This document shows, piece by piece, positions 1-13,029 of a stretch of 64,000 bases of DNA. Origin of the DNA: Eledone cirrhosa. Lineage: Eukaryota. A program made the position numbers and the translations under genes. Under the pieces are notes generated by a model. It did no database searches and was not told the DNA's origin. It worked only from the letters and a program-made list of their open reading frames with translations. The DNA lies in contig OZ024744.1 in assembly GCA_964016885.1 (NCBI GenBank), forward strand, positions 26,040,001-26,104,000, in the 5' to 3' direction. Every line of letters starts with the position of its first letter. The stretch's first letter is position 1.

Positions 1-950
1 ACCACCACCACACTACACCACTACCCCCCCCCCCCACCAACATCATCCCCCCACCCCACCACCACCACCACTACCACCATCACCACCACCACCACCACAC
101 TACACCACCACCACCAATTCCACCACCACCACCAACACCACCACCACCACCACCACCACCACCACCACCACGATCATCACCAACACCAACACCATCACCA
201 CCAACAACAACACCACCACCACCTTCACGACCTCCACCACCACCTCAATGACAACAGCAAAAGAACTTCACCTTAAATAAAGAGTCCGGATAAAGAGAAG
301 GGGAGGGAAAGGGGAGAAAGGGGAGGATTTAAAAAAAATATAAGAAAATACAAGCAATAACGGAAATAATAAATATAATGTGAGGGGGGAGGGTAAGGTG
401 GAGGGGGACTAGGAGGAGGGGTGGACTAGATAGATTTATCTAGAAAGGTTATCAGCCATAACAAGCGATAATGTTGCTAATGACAACATTCGAAAACAAT
501 GGTGATGATGGTGGTGGTGGTGGTGGTGGTGTTAGTGGTGGTTTTGGTGGTGTTGGTGGTGGTGGTGTGGTGTTGGTGGTGGTGGTGGTGGTCTTGGTGG
601 TGGTGGTGTTGGTGTTGGTGGTGGTGGTGTTGTTGTTGGTGGTGGTAGTGATGGTGGTGGTGGTGTTGTTGTTGGTGGTGGTAGTGATGGTGGTGGTGGT
701 GTTGGTGGTGGTAGTGGTGGTGGTCTTGGTGTTGCTGGTGGTGTTGCTGTTGTTGTTGTTGTTGGTGGTGGTGTTTTGGGTGGTGGTGGTGTTGGTGTTG
801 GTGGTGGTGGTGTTGATGTTGGTGGTGGTGGTGGTGGTAGTGGTGGTGTTAATGGAGGTGGTGGTGGTGGTTGTTGTGGTGGTAATGGAGGTGGTGGTTG
901 TGATGATGATAAAAATAACAATAACAACAACGCCAACAATAGTAACGATC
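1..950. repeat. (ACC)n tract (1-250) and oppositely oriented (GGT)n tract (500-910) around a purine-rich spacer
   Basis: Seen by direct inspection. Confidence 0.9.
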
Positions 951-1253
951 ACACCAAGAAAAAATAATATTTTAATAAGTAATATTCGGGAGTGTAGTTA
1001 CAGTAGTTATATGAAACCAATATTTCCAATGAAGCTATAGTGCAAAATTCAACATGTAAAGTAATATACGTGTATATATATATTTTTTTTAGATTTGGGG
1101 AGGGTCATATTGTTATAATATTGCCAGAAATATATAATAAAACACTCTCACTATTTGGTCTGGGTTGGTTTTCATTTCTGTATATTCTATATCTCTATAT
1201 CTCCATAATTAATTTATCTGGCAATCAATGTTAATTATTGTTTGACAAACAGT

Positions 1254-1320
<67 letters not shown>

Positions 1321-2140
1321 CAAAGGAATTGTGGTAAGGAACCAGAGTACTCAATACTTAGGGTAGTAGAGTGGGAAATAGGAAAAGGTATGACCACGAC
1401 GGCTTACCTTTTCCTATATATATATATATAGTCTATCAACGTTCTTTCATCACACATCTGTGACATCGTCAATGGTACTATTATGTTTCCTCCCGTTGTA
1501 TTGTAATGTTTACGCCATTTTTATTTAGGATAAATAAGTAAATAAATAAATGAAAATGACGTAGAATTACAATACAACAGTAATGTACTGGGGGAATTTT
1601 GTTGGCCTTGTGCCAGAAGTAGAAACATTATTATTTATATTATTACTGCTGTTGTTGTTCTTGTTGTTGATTCACCACGTTGTTGTTGTTTTGTTATATT
1701 GTTGTTGTTGTTGTGTAAGTTGTGTATATTGTTGTTAATGTTGTTATTGTGTATATTGTTGTTGTTGTTATTGTATATATTTCTGTTGGTGTTGTTGTTG
1801 TTAGTGTGTATATATCTGTTGTTGTTGTTGTTGTTGTATATATGTATGTTGTTGTTTTTATTGTTGTCGTTTACATTATTGTTGTTTTTACTGTATTTAT
1901 TGTTGTTGCTGCTAGTGACATACTTTAGATAGCAACGCCCATTCAACCCTTTTAGAGCTACCATAGTGTATCTAGGATGGTATTATAGTTTGTGCCATTT
2001 CCTTGTTGTTGTAATTTAGTTTTGAACCTAATTAAGTTGATTTATAATTAACGGAGTTCGATCATTGCCAGTCCCATGCATTTATTTAATTTTTTTTCTA
2101 GGTTGAGTATCGTCTTGCATGGTGATCCATATAACCACAC

Positions 2141-2283
2141 TTTCTTCTTCTTCTTCTTCTTCTTCTTCTTCTTCTTCTTCTTCTTCTTCTTCTTCTTCTT
2201 CTTCTTCTTCTTCTTCTTCTTCTTCTTCTTCTTCTTCTTCTTCTTCTTCTTCTTCTTCTTCTTCTTCTTCTTCTTCTTCTTCT

Positions 2284-2327
<44 letters not shown>

Positions 2328-2330
2328 TTC
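2141..2330. repeat. Compound microsatellite (TTC)n(GTC)n
   Basis: Perfect TTC run that switches to GTC at about 2285. Confidence 0.97.
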
Positions 2331-2359
2331 ATTCTGTTTAGCCTCAGTGTAATGAGCAG

Positions 2360-3250
2360 ATACACTACCCAGGGTACGGTTTCTAAAGCACAACTAACAA
2401 CAAATATACACTACCCAGGGTACAGTTTCTAAAGCACACCTAACAACAAATATACACTACCCAAGGTACAGTTTCTAAAGCACACCTAACAACAAATATA
2501 CACTACCCAAGGTACAGTTTCTAAAGCACACCTAACAACAAATATACACTACCCAAGGTACAGTTTCTAAAGCACAACTAACAACAAATATACACTACCC
2601 AAGGTACAGTTTCGAAAGCACACTTATCAACAAATATACACTCCCCAGGGTACAGTTTCTAAAGCAGACCTATCAACAAATATACACTACCCAGGGTACA
2701 GTTTCTAAAGCAGACCTATCAACAAATATACACTACCCAGGGTACAGTTTCTAAAGCAGACCTATCAACAAATATACACTACCCAGGGTACAGTTTCTAA
2801 AGCAGACCTATCAACAAATATACACTACCCAGGGTACAGTTTCTAAAGCACACCTATCAACAAATATACACTACCCAAGGTACATTTTCTAAAGCACACC
2901 TATCAACAAATATACACTACCCAAGGTACAGTTTCTAAAGCACACCTATCAACAAATATACACTACCCAAGGTACAGTTTCTAAAGCACACCTATCAACA
3001 AATATACACTACCCAAGGTACAGTTTCTAAAGCAGACCTATCAACAAATATACACTACCCAACGTACAGTTTCTAAAGCAGACTGATCAACAAATATACA
3101 CTACCCAAGGTACAGTTTCTAAAGCAGACCTATCAACAAATATACTGTACCCAAGGTACAGTTTCTAAAGCACACCTATCAACAAATATACTCTACCCAA
3201 GGTACAGTTTCTAAAGCACACCTATCAACAAATATACTCTACCCAGGGTA
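2360..3250. repeat. 46-bp minisatellite, about 19 copies
   Basis: Unit atacactacccaaggtacagtttctaaagcacacctatcaacaaat, with period 46 (2361, 2407, ...). Confidence 0.95.
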
Positions 3251-3386
3251 TCCAGGGTACGGTCAGTTATCATTTTGTGTAGACAGGCCTTTGAAAAGTC
3301 TGGTGTCAGCTGAAAAAACACATTTCAATGGACAGCCGATTAGGTAGATAAATGGATGTGACATTCTGCCATACTGTGTTGTAGCT

Positions 3387-4030
3387 CAGCGGTCACCAAC
3401 CTTTCAGACCTCACGGACCACTAAATTCATAATTTTAAATCTCGCGAATCACTAATATATAATTTTTTAAAAAGATAAATACATTTGATAATTGTTTCTA
3501 CATTTGGCACAAGGCCATCAATTATCAGTACATTACTGGTACTTTATTTTATCGACCCCGTAAGGATGAAAGGCAAAGTTAACCTATTTTATTAATATAA
3601 AATGCACTTATTAAATATAACAAAATTATAAATGTTTATGTAATCATAGCAAAATATTTAAAGCTTGTTTAATTGTAAGAAAGTTATTAAATTTAGTTTA
3701 TTACAAAATAATTTAAGCTTATTTACGTATTATACATTTTTAGTGTGATATTTGTTATCAAAGCCAAATAAAATAAAACAATCGGATGAGAATCGGTTTC
3801 GCGAAGCAGGGTGACTGTTGTAATGGTCGAAACAATACTGAAGCGTACGTGTGTCATATTGTCGATAGATGATACATATGTGTAAAATTATTTCATGGAT
3901 GTTAGTTCTTTACTGACGAGAAACATTTTTAGGGAGTGTTATAAAATATATTTTAACCGAATATTATTTGTGTTTTATTAATAAAACATAAAAATTGCAA
4001 ATAATGTCTAATTTTTTCTGCGGACCACTT
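3387..4030. mobile_element. Truncated hAT (Charlie-like) non-autonomous DNA element with a SINE fragment inserted
   Basis: Starts CAGCGGTCACCAACCTTT, resembling hAT-Charlie termini. The subterminal motif cggaccact recurs at about 3414 and 4021. No right TIR was found. Confidence 0.4.
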
Positions 4031-5018
4031 ATCCAATTATGATGTCACGCACCTTAGGCATGGGCTTACAGAAACGTTAGACACCACCCTCTATTCGGTC
4101 ATTCATTTGATTGCTAGAAATAACAGACAAATAGATAGGCAGTAAACAACATCAGACCATTTTAAAATAGGATAATCATATCTATGTGTTGCGTGAATAT
4201 GTGGTCGTTAGTGTTTATGTGTGCATGTCATGTGCGTATGTGTGTACGTGTGTACGTGTGAGTTATATTTGCTATGAAAGTTTATGAGATCAAAGTTAAT
4301 TAGAGAATATATATGTATTTATATGTTTGTATGTAGTATACCTGGAGAGGCCTGGAGAGGGATGGGCTCCACCAGCATTAAAATACCCAAGAAATGCTGT
4401 ATGTCCATATGGCGTCCCTACGATTCTACGAGGAGTTATGGGATTTTACCCTACCATGTAGTATATTGTATACATATACATGGACTGAATTTCAAAACAT
4501 GCATGAGAATACGGAAATTTAAGTACGTACGTGGTTAAGTGTACGTGTACATGTGTCGGGTGTGTATGTGTGCGGCGTGTGTATGTGGGGTGTGTGTCGA
4601 GCGTCCTGTAAGGTCACTCTTCCGTGTAAATATATACTGTTCTTCAGTCGTTGTTCAAATATTATCATAACAATTTAGATGTGTGTATCAACTGGAAATG
4701 CTACGGTTAAAAAGACGCCATTATTTTATCCCGCCGAGGTTAACTTTGCCTTTCATCCTTACGGGGTCGATAAAATAAAGTACCAGTAATGTACTGGGTA
4801 ATTGCTGGCCTTGTTACTAAAGTAGAAACAATTATTTTATTCTGTATGTCAATATGGAGTCCCTACGACTCTACCGGGAGTTATGGGACTTTACCATACA
4901 CACCCGACACATGTACACTTACGTACTTAAATTTCCGTATTCTCATGCATGTTTTGAAATTCAGTCCATGTATATGTATACAATATACTACATGGTATAG
5001 CAATATACTACATGGTAT

Positions 5019-5210
5019 GGCGGTGGATTGGCAGTATCGGTAGAGAGTCGGGCGCCATGCTTTCCGGCATAGTGACGTCCCTTTACGCTCTGAGTTCAAA
5101 TCCCGCCGAGGTTAACTTTGCCTTTCATCCTTACGGGGTCGATAAAATAAAGTACCAGTAATGTACTGGGTAATTGCTGGCCTTGTGCCAACGGTAGAAA
5201 CAATTATTTT
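5019..5210 (+). mobile_element. Full-length tRNA-derived SINE (family A, MetaSINE-like central domain)
   Basis: Has an A-box-like tggcagtatcgg, B-box gagttcaaatccc, central gcctttcatccttacggggtcgataaaataaagtacc and an (att)-rich tail. There are more than 10 copies or fragments in the window. Confidence 0.85.
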
Positions 5211-5764
5211 ATTCTGTATTAATATAGAGGAAGGGTGGTTCCTAAAGAGATTTCATATTAAAACGTCTCCTTCCAACATATGTGTAATGTTTATATGTCA
5301 TCTATGAGAAGAGAGGAAAGAACAGCTTCTTAAACAACGCCTGAAACACACACACACGCACACACATAATACATACACACCACATATACACACACACGTA
5401 CATACACACCCACACAAACACACATCCACACACACACACATAATACATACACACCACACATACACACACACATACATACACACCCACACACACACACAGC
5501 CACACACACACGGCCACACACACATACGCACACACATAATACATACACACACACATACATACACCCCCACACACATCCACACACACACACACACACGTAC
5601 ACACATAATACATACACACCACACATACACACATACATACACACCCCCATACACATATCCACACACACACACACACACATAATACATACAGACCACACAG
5701 ACACACACACATACATAAACACCCACACACACAGAAACACACATAATACATACACACCACATAG

Positions 5765-5827
<63 letters not shown>

Positions 5828-6004
5828 CATATATATACACACACGCACATACATATATATATACATATATACACACACACACCAATATATATATATATAT
5901 ATACACATATATATATATACACACATACACATACATATATATATACATATGTACACACACACACACACCCACACACTTATATATATATATATACATATAT
6001 ATAC

Positions 6005-6039
<35 letters not shown>

Positions 6040-6292
6040 CATATGCACACACACACATACATACACCCACACACACACATATATATTAATACGAGTGTTA
6101 TGGTCACTTACTGACACTTCAGTATACAGGGTAGATCAGTCGACGAAGTGCGTAGGTGGGTCTGTTTACTCCGGGCTATATTTATAAAGATGAGGTGTAA
6201 GTGAAAGCGGTGCTTTAAGAAGACAACAAATTTCAGCACTTAGCATATAAAAAGATCTAAACATTAGAAATATGCGTTACTTCTTCATTCAA

Positions 6293-6483
6293 GGCCGGTG
6301 AATTGGCAGTATCGGTAGAGGGTTGGACGCCATGCTTTCTAGCATAGTTACGTCCCTTTACAGTCTGAGTTCAAATCCAGCCGAGGTTAACTTTGACTTT
6401 CATCCTTAAGAAGTCGATAAAATAAAGTACCAATAATGTACTTGGTAATATGCTGGCCTTGTGCCTAAGGTAGAAACAATTAT
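6293..6483 (+). mobile_element. SINE family A copy
   Basis: Collinear with 5019-5210. Confidence 0.85.
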
Positions 6484-6514
6484 GTTTTTCTGTTTTTTTC
6501 TGTTCAAATTCCAA

Positions 6515-6572
6515 CTGTCTGATGAGGTCATAGTTGTTGCATAAGTGGATATCACCGAAATATATATAACAG
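6515..6572 (+). ncRNA. Type I hammerhead ribozyme motif (Penelope pLTR-like)
   Basis: ctgt-CTGATGA(6519-6525)-ggt...acc-GAAA(6557-6560)-tatata-TA-acag. Stem I is ctgt/acag and stem III is palindromic. AATAAA follows at 6581. Confidence 0.7.
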
Positions 6573-6648
6573 AGACTATGAATAAACGTAGTTAATTTTA
6601 CGCTGTTGACGAAACATAAGTCAATTGCATGAACTCATAATCCTTTAT

Positions 6649-6709
6649 TTACTGCTATATATATTTCAATGATAGCCATTGAGTGTGCTATGACCTCTTC
6701 AGGCAGTAA
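6649..6709 (-). ncRNA. Type I hammerhead ribozyme motif, same family as 6515
   Basis: Minus strand reads ttactgc-CTGAAGA-ggtcatagc...gctatcatt-GAAA-tatata-TA-gcagtaa-ataaa, with a perfect 7-bp stem I. Confidence 0.75.
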
Positions 6710-6766
6710 GTCAGTTCTTAGATATGCCAGCTCTGTGTTTATGGTGTTGATTGTATCAGAGCCTTG

Positions 6767-6838
<72 letters not shown>

Positions 6839-7242
6839 CAAGGATGATGTTTTAAGCCTGCCTTATGTTTATTGAGAGGTGACGCACGTTTCGCTATTGA
6901 TCAGCTTCCTGTACGCACACACACACACACACTTATATATGTTTTTCTGGTGTCCTTAAAGAATACGTTTGTTTTCTCTTATCTGATTACCCAAATGCAC
7001 ATATATCTAAGGTTGAATTTCTTGAGTTTTCTCTAGATTTTATAATATCCTTCCTTATATATATATGACTAAAGACATTTTAGCCTGATAATGGGGTTTA
7101 GAACCCTCAGATAAACCCCATTATCAGACTAAAATTCCTTTGTCAAAAATACGGTGAAAGCTATTCTATTTTCTAATTTCAAACCTGCTCACTGTTTCAA
7201 AACATACTTACCTGTCATATATATATATATATATATATATAT

Positions 7243-7450
7243 AGGTATCCAATATAAATTGGATTGGTCAATTTTGAACCAATCTAAAGAATATGCAAGA
7301 GGAACAAGAAAATGCACGCTCTGCATAAATGAAAAATATTGGATCTTGCAAAATCTTAAATCACCAAAGACCTGCCTGAACACAAAGACGGAAATTTTCA
7401 CCAGTTGCCCACACATGAAATCACACCTGCTTTCCAGCTCACACTTTCAG
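7243..7450 (+). mobile_element. Penelope-like element remnant (C-terminus of the GIY-YIG region)
   Basis: YKLDWSILNQSKEYARGTRKCTLCINEKYWIL...LNTKTEIFTSCPHMKSHLL matches the W.IL...Y.....C.LC..EK..IL...LN...E....C.H....LL tail of PLE ORFs. It starts directly after a (TA)n tract. Confidence 0.7.
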
Positions 7451-7530
7451 ATACTTATCCTCCATAAACTCTTATTATTCTCTTTATAACTACCCTTTCT
7501 GATTTACTTTCATTTTTATCTTTATTATTT

Positions 7531-7733
7531 TGGCAGTATCGGTAGAGGGTCGGACGCCATGCTTTCCAGCATAGTTACGTCCCTTTACCATCTGAGTTCA
7601 AATCCCGCCGAGGTTGACTTTGCCTTTCATCCTTACGGGGTCGATAAAATAATCCTTACGGGGTCGATAAAATAAAGTACCAGTAATGCACTGGTAATTG
7701 CTGGCCTTGTGCCTAAAGTAGAAACAATTATTA
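7531..7733 (+). mobile_element. SINE family A copy with an internal duplication, followed by (ATTTTT)n
   Basis: Collinear with 5019-5210; atccttacggggtcgataaaata is duplicated. Confidence 0.85.
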
Positions 7734-7949
7734 ATTTCATTTTTATTTTTATTTTTATTTTTATTATTTTTATTTTTATTTTTATTTTTATTTTTATTTT
7801 TATTTTTATTTTTATTTTTATTTTTATTTTTATTTTTATTTTTATTTTTATTTTTATTTTTATTTTTATTTTTATTTTTATTTTTATTTTTATTTTTATT
7901 TTTATTTTTATTTTTATTACTTTTATTACTTTTATTTTTATTTTTATTT

Positions 7950-7980
<31 letters not shown>

Positions 7981-8334
7981 TATTTACTTTTTTTTATTAT
8001 TTTTTTTATTTTTTTATTTTTTTTTTTTTTTTTTTATTTTTTTTTATTTTTAGTTTTAGTTTTAGTTTTATTCTCCGATTCACTTACCTAATATCTTCAC
8101 TTTCCATTTTTACTTCCCTATTTTCTTCACTAACCGATTATACTAGTCACTTGCGTTTTCCACTCCAGATATTTTTTATTTTTATTTTTTTATTTTTTCG
8201 CAGCCAATCTTATAATTTTATATTTGTACTTACTTATCCACAAGTTTTTTACACCCTGTATCTATGTGTCTGAACGCCTTAATGTGTGTATACTTTCTAT
8301 ATATGTACACGAGCGCCTCCGTATGTGCGCGTGC

Positions 8335-8378
<44 letters not shown>

Positions 8379-8380
<2 letters not shown>

Positions 8381-8483
8381 CTACAAGTGCTCAGATTCGT
8401 TCACACAGCAACAAAGAATAAACAAAGAAAATCTATTCCTTAACAAATTTAAACCAAAACTAAACGGGTTATCACCCCAATAG
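8379..8483 (+). mobile_element. Penelope-like element 3' ORF remnant
   Basis: FYKCSDSFTQQQRINKENLFLNKFKPKLN matches the R..KE..FI..FKP.LN GIY-YIG C-terminal motif. It follows a (TA)n tract. Confidence 0.6.
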
Positions 8484-8772
8484 AATTGTCATAAAATATA
8501 AACACACACACGCACGGAATCACAACTATTAAAGACCAGAGACCAATTCTGTAGAATCAGGTTTATTCGTTGACAGACCATGCCTTTGTGTGACCAACAC
8601 ATCCATGTTAAACCCTGCACGTGCACACACATATATCTATGTATATATGCGCACACAGAATTCACCACTGTCGGTTGCGGGGCCCAATCTACATGAAGAA
8701 CTCAATGTGATCAGAATGACTTGTATTTTAATTTCACTGTCCCAACTTCTTATATTATGGAAAAAATATGTG

Positions 8773-8803
<31 letters not shown>

Positions 8804-9077
8804 GGAGGCCATTTCTCTGTGTGTGGGTGTATGTATGTGTATATGTGTGTGTGTGTGTGTATGTGTGTGCATGTGAATGTATGTATTGTGTGTGCGTGTG
8901 TGTGTATGTATGTGTGTATCTGGATGTATGCGTATGTGTATATATATATATATATATATGCGTGTGTGTGTGTGTGGATATATAAGTGTGTGTATGTGTA
9001 TATATATGTGTGTGTGTGTGTATGTTTGTATGTGTGTATGTATATATATGTGTGTGTGTATGTATGTATGTGTGGGG

Positions 9078-9111
<34 letters not shown>

Positions 9112-9114
9112 GTG

Positions 9115-9149
<35 letters not shown>

Positions 9150-9184
9150 ATGTGTGTATCTGGATGTATGTGTATGTATATATA

Positions 9185-9231
<47 letters not shown>

Positions 9232-9292
9232 ATGTGTATATATGTGTGTGTGTGTATGTGTGTATGTATATGTATGTGTGTATGTATGTGTG

Positions 9293-9331
<39 letters not shown>

Positions 9332-9874
9332 GTATATGTATGTATGTGTGGATGAAGGTATGTGTGTATATATAGGTGTAAGTGCACTAAATCCCTTTCT
9401 ATCACGCTCCACTCTCCTACCCACCACAGGAAGATATGTGTATGTATATTGCTTCCACCCCCTCACTGACCAGCAGCTGGCCAGTTGGCGATTGCTAAAT
9501 CTGACCTTTATAAAATAACCCACACCCCAAATAACTTCTCATTCACTACCAGAAAGGGACACAGCAGTCAACCTGTTGTTGCTACCTAGATGAAAACTGC
9601 TATGAAATCCCACAATGAATATTATACTTGAATTTTCAAATCTCAAATTTTAACTCTTCGTATTATTAATTTTTCTTAATATTAATCAACATTTGAAAAG
9701 ATGGCTTTTGCAGACCCATCGAAACCGGTCATTTTTTATACCCTTTATTATTTCCTTACCTTATAAAATTATGTTTTTTCACAAAAAAGTATTCTGTCTC
9801 TTATATATTCCATGGGCCATTACCAACCTCAATTTTCTCTATAACCTTCGTTTTGTGTAGAAAATTACACTTTT

Positions 9875-9971
<97 letters not shown>

Positions 9972-10891
9972 ATGTATATGTCTTTATATCCGTGTTTTTA
10001 CATCTATGTTTTTTTGTTTTGTTTTTTTCTTCCTTTGTTTTACATCCTCATTTTTATGCGTGTGCATGCAAACAGGTCAATATGCATGAGTGTATGTATG
10101 TGTGTGTGTGTGTGTACGTATCGAATGTATGGATGTGTAAGTGTGCGTGTGTATATAAGCATGTATATTTTTGTGTTTTTTGTGTGTGTGTGTGATCGAG
10201 TGTGTATACAGTCGCGTGCGTGCGAGTGATTAGATATACATTGGGCGAGGCGTATATGCGTATATATGTGTATCCTGTGTGTGTAGATGTGCTTGCATAC
10301 GCTTTTGTCTGCACGTTTTTTATATATATGTGTATATATATATATTTCTTATAGATATACGTTTCTTGTAGTTATACGTGTGTGTGTATGCGTGTACCTT
10401 GTTTGTCTTCTTTTCTTTAATTTTTTCTTTCTAAATTATTGTTCCATGTTTATAAAGATATCGAGAATGATACTTTCTTTTAATTATTACACTCCCTTAC
10501 CTCTTTTACTTCGGCATATAAGTGTACGTGCGTGTGGGTGTGTTTATACGCGTGCCTTCATATTCATATAATGTATCTATTACCCTATTTTTTCTGTGTA
10601 CCTGCCAAACAGAAAACCACATCATGTCTGTCTGTAGTTTACAGATACACAGATACACTTGCCCTAACATATATATTTACGCACACTTTTTCACTATACG
10701 TATACATTTGTACATACACATATATGTACATCTGTGAGCGTATATACATACATATACACACACCTAACTATATTTCTTGAAAGATTTTTATATATTTCAT
10801 ATGGTTATTGTAATTCATTTGTCTATATTTATATAATCTTTTTTGCTTTTCTTGATGAGACTTTCCAAGTATTTAGCCATGTTTTATATTG

Positions 10892-10961
10892 CCTCGTCTG
10901 ACGAACGAATGAAGACGTTTGTTTCGTATTCGCCTCATTCGGGAAACCTCTGGTAATGAGG
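10892..10961 (+). ncRNA. Type I hammerhead ribozyme motif
   Basis: cctcgt-CTGACGA-a-cgaatga...tcattcg-g-GAAA-cc-tct-gg-TA-atgagg. All three stems can form; the first stem II pair is an A.G mismatch. Confidence 0.75.
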
Positions 10962-11065
10962 TTATTATATTGTATTGATTTTTATACATAAAATTTTGCT
11001 CTGGTACTTACATAGAGCACTCTTCACTTCTATGACCTTTTCTGTTTTCAACGGATATTTCAATA

Positions 11066-11133
<68 letters not shown>

Positions 11134-11165
11134 TAAATGGAAACTATATTTATAAAACCATATTT

Positions 11166-11227
11166 TTTTATTATACATATTTCAAGGGCAACCAAGGAAA
11201 ATTATCGTGCGCTTTCATCAGATAAAA
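11166..11227 (-). ncRNA. Type I hammerhead ribozyme motif in the left arm of a palindrome
   Basis: Minus strand reads ttttat-CTGATGA-aagcgca...tgccctt-GAAA-tatgta-TA-ataaaa. Confidence 0.72.
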
Positions 11228-11354
11228 TACACATTTGTTTTATAAATAAATATTGACATACTCGGAAAAAAGACAACCTTAACGGTTGGACCTTCCTGGA
11301 TAGGTTGTCTTTTTTTCCGGGTATGCCAATATTTATTTATAAAACAAATCTGTA

Positions 11355-11416
11355 TTTTATCTGATGAAAGCGCACCATAATTTGCCTTGGTTGCCCTTGA
11401 AATATGTATAATAAAA
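11355..11416 (+). ncRNA. Type I hammerhead ribozyme motif in the right arm of a palindrome
   Basis: ttttat-CTGATGA(11361-11367)-aagcgca...tgccctt-GAAA(11399-11402)-tatgta-TA-ataaaa, with a 6-bp stem I. Confidence 0.72.
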
Positions 11417-11707
11417 TAAATATGGTTTTATAAATATAGTTTCCATTTATTAATATTGTGTATTTACTCCAAACTTGTTGAGTGCTTTATGTCAGTTATA
11501 AAAAAAATGTTTAAGCTTGTTGAATCCCAACAAATTAAATATAACCTCTGCATATATATCTATATCTCTCTCTATATATATACACGTGTCTGTGCATGAG
11601 AGTGTGTGTATGTGTGTGCGCGCGCGCGCGTGCGCGCGTGTGTGTGTAAATATACATACATATAAATGTCATATATGTTTGGGAAATATTGTGATATAAG
11701 TGAATAA

Positions 11708-12507
11708 TTATTCCTTTGTTTTAGATAACACTGGATAAGTTTCCACGTGACCGAAGTTATTCCAGACATGTAAAACCTTCTCTATAGCGTTGTAATCCAT
11801 CATGGCTACATTCACTCGATCATCATGGTTCACAATCGGGAGAATCATATCATTAGCTCCTAATACGCTATCGATACCTGTTCGGGTGTCATACTTGTAA
11901 CGGATAAATGCATGCGAAGACGGTGGAGCTTCAACTCCATACAGGACACCACAAACTATAAAAGAATTTAAGAGTAATTTCTTGGGAAAGTTAGTCAGCC
12001 AAACCTCTTCTAAAATCATAGTATTTTCGTTAAGTTTACTAATAACTAATTTACCATCAGCTTCCATGGTAGAATATGTGACCCACAAACCAAATTCATC
12101 AACAGCGAAATCTACATCACTTAGAATGTTGTTATGATAAGGGTACACGTTATGCACTCCAGCTCCATCTAGCGGATATTCATCGATGAAAGCTGACCCA
12201 CCGAGGTCATAGCGAATCATTATATTCGTTTTTGCTTTCAGACAATACAACGCGTTTTTATATATAACCTGACCTGTTCCTTCACAATAAAACGGTAGAT
12301 CGTACGTCTTACTGACCAGTTCGTGAATAAACGCTAACTCTGAGTCATACTCAACTAATGTATTGCTACCGGAATGTCCATACATCAGCCATGTTTTGCC
12401 GTAGTTTTCTGGTATAACATCTCTCATTATGGTGCCTCGTCTTACACCGACATTAATATCGTTCGACATCTTTCCAATACCGACCACTGTTTCGGCATTA
12501 CATTTAT
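11708..12507 (-). CDS. Terminal coding exon of an olfactomedin-family gene, encoding the complete OLF beta-propeller domain
   Basis: The ORF has OLF motifs: [59 protein letters not shown]. The acceptor is tattttcag|AT (CAG at 12510-12508). Reading from 12507 gives (G)[13 protein letters not shown], restoring the conserved N-terminal Cys. Stop at 11708. Confidence 0.93.
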
Positions 12508-12559
12508 CTGAAAATATAGGATGCGAAAATGAATATATATATCTATATATCTATATATA

Positions 12560-12665
<106 letters not shown>

Positions 12666-12810
12666 TGTAATAAACTACATAAGACAATTATTCCATTTAC
12701 CAAAGGTTTCACGAAGACGGACGAGCTCGACAGAGTCGTCTGAAATCGCCCATCGCTAACTAGCTCTGTAGGTTACATAGAGCACTCTCCTTTCCTTTAC
12801 CCTTCCTACG

Positions 12811-12856
<46 letters not shown>

Positions 12857-13029
12857 TGGGTAGTAGGTAGTTGGTCCACTTCCTTCATATTTGCGCCTGC
12901 TCAAAGTTGTGGAGGGGAACTTAAGTTCACAAGGGAACGGACGAAGGCTTCGAAAACGTTATCTTGGTCCGTTCTCTTGCCACTTTAGTTTGGATTGCCT
13001 CGAGAACGTAACATTATTACCTAATGAAT

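Larger units (their letters stand above)
11125..11456. repeat. Long inverted repeat (arms about 150 bp)
   Basis: attaataaatggaaactatatttataaaaccatatt...aaaaaagacaacct pairs with aggttgtcttttttt...aatatggttttataaatatagtttccatttattaat, around a ~20-nt loop. Confidence 0.95.

Noticed and set aside
452-1040. Thr/Pro-rich or Val-rich membrane-like ORFs
   Set aside because: Products of a (GGT/GTT)n low-complexity tract.
2360-3250. Possible CRISPR array
   Set aside because: Head-to-tail 46-bp units without variable spacers.
3905-3937. CTGACGAGAAAC minimal hammerhead-like string
   Set aside because: No stem II, stem III is not palindromic, stem I is mostly G.U, and it lies within a probable DNA-transposon remnant.
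5019-5110. tRNA gene
   Set aside because: A and B boxes are present but there is no cloverleaf. It is the head of a multi-copy SINE.
5298-10780. Long YI/CV/HT-rich ORFs (also at 18876-19774, 28165-28502, 31178-33541 and 34964-35495)
   Set aside because: These are translations of (TA)n, (TG)n and (CA)n microsatellites.
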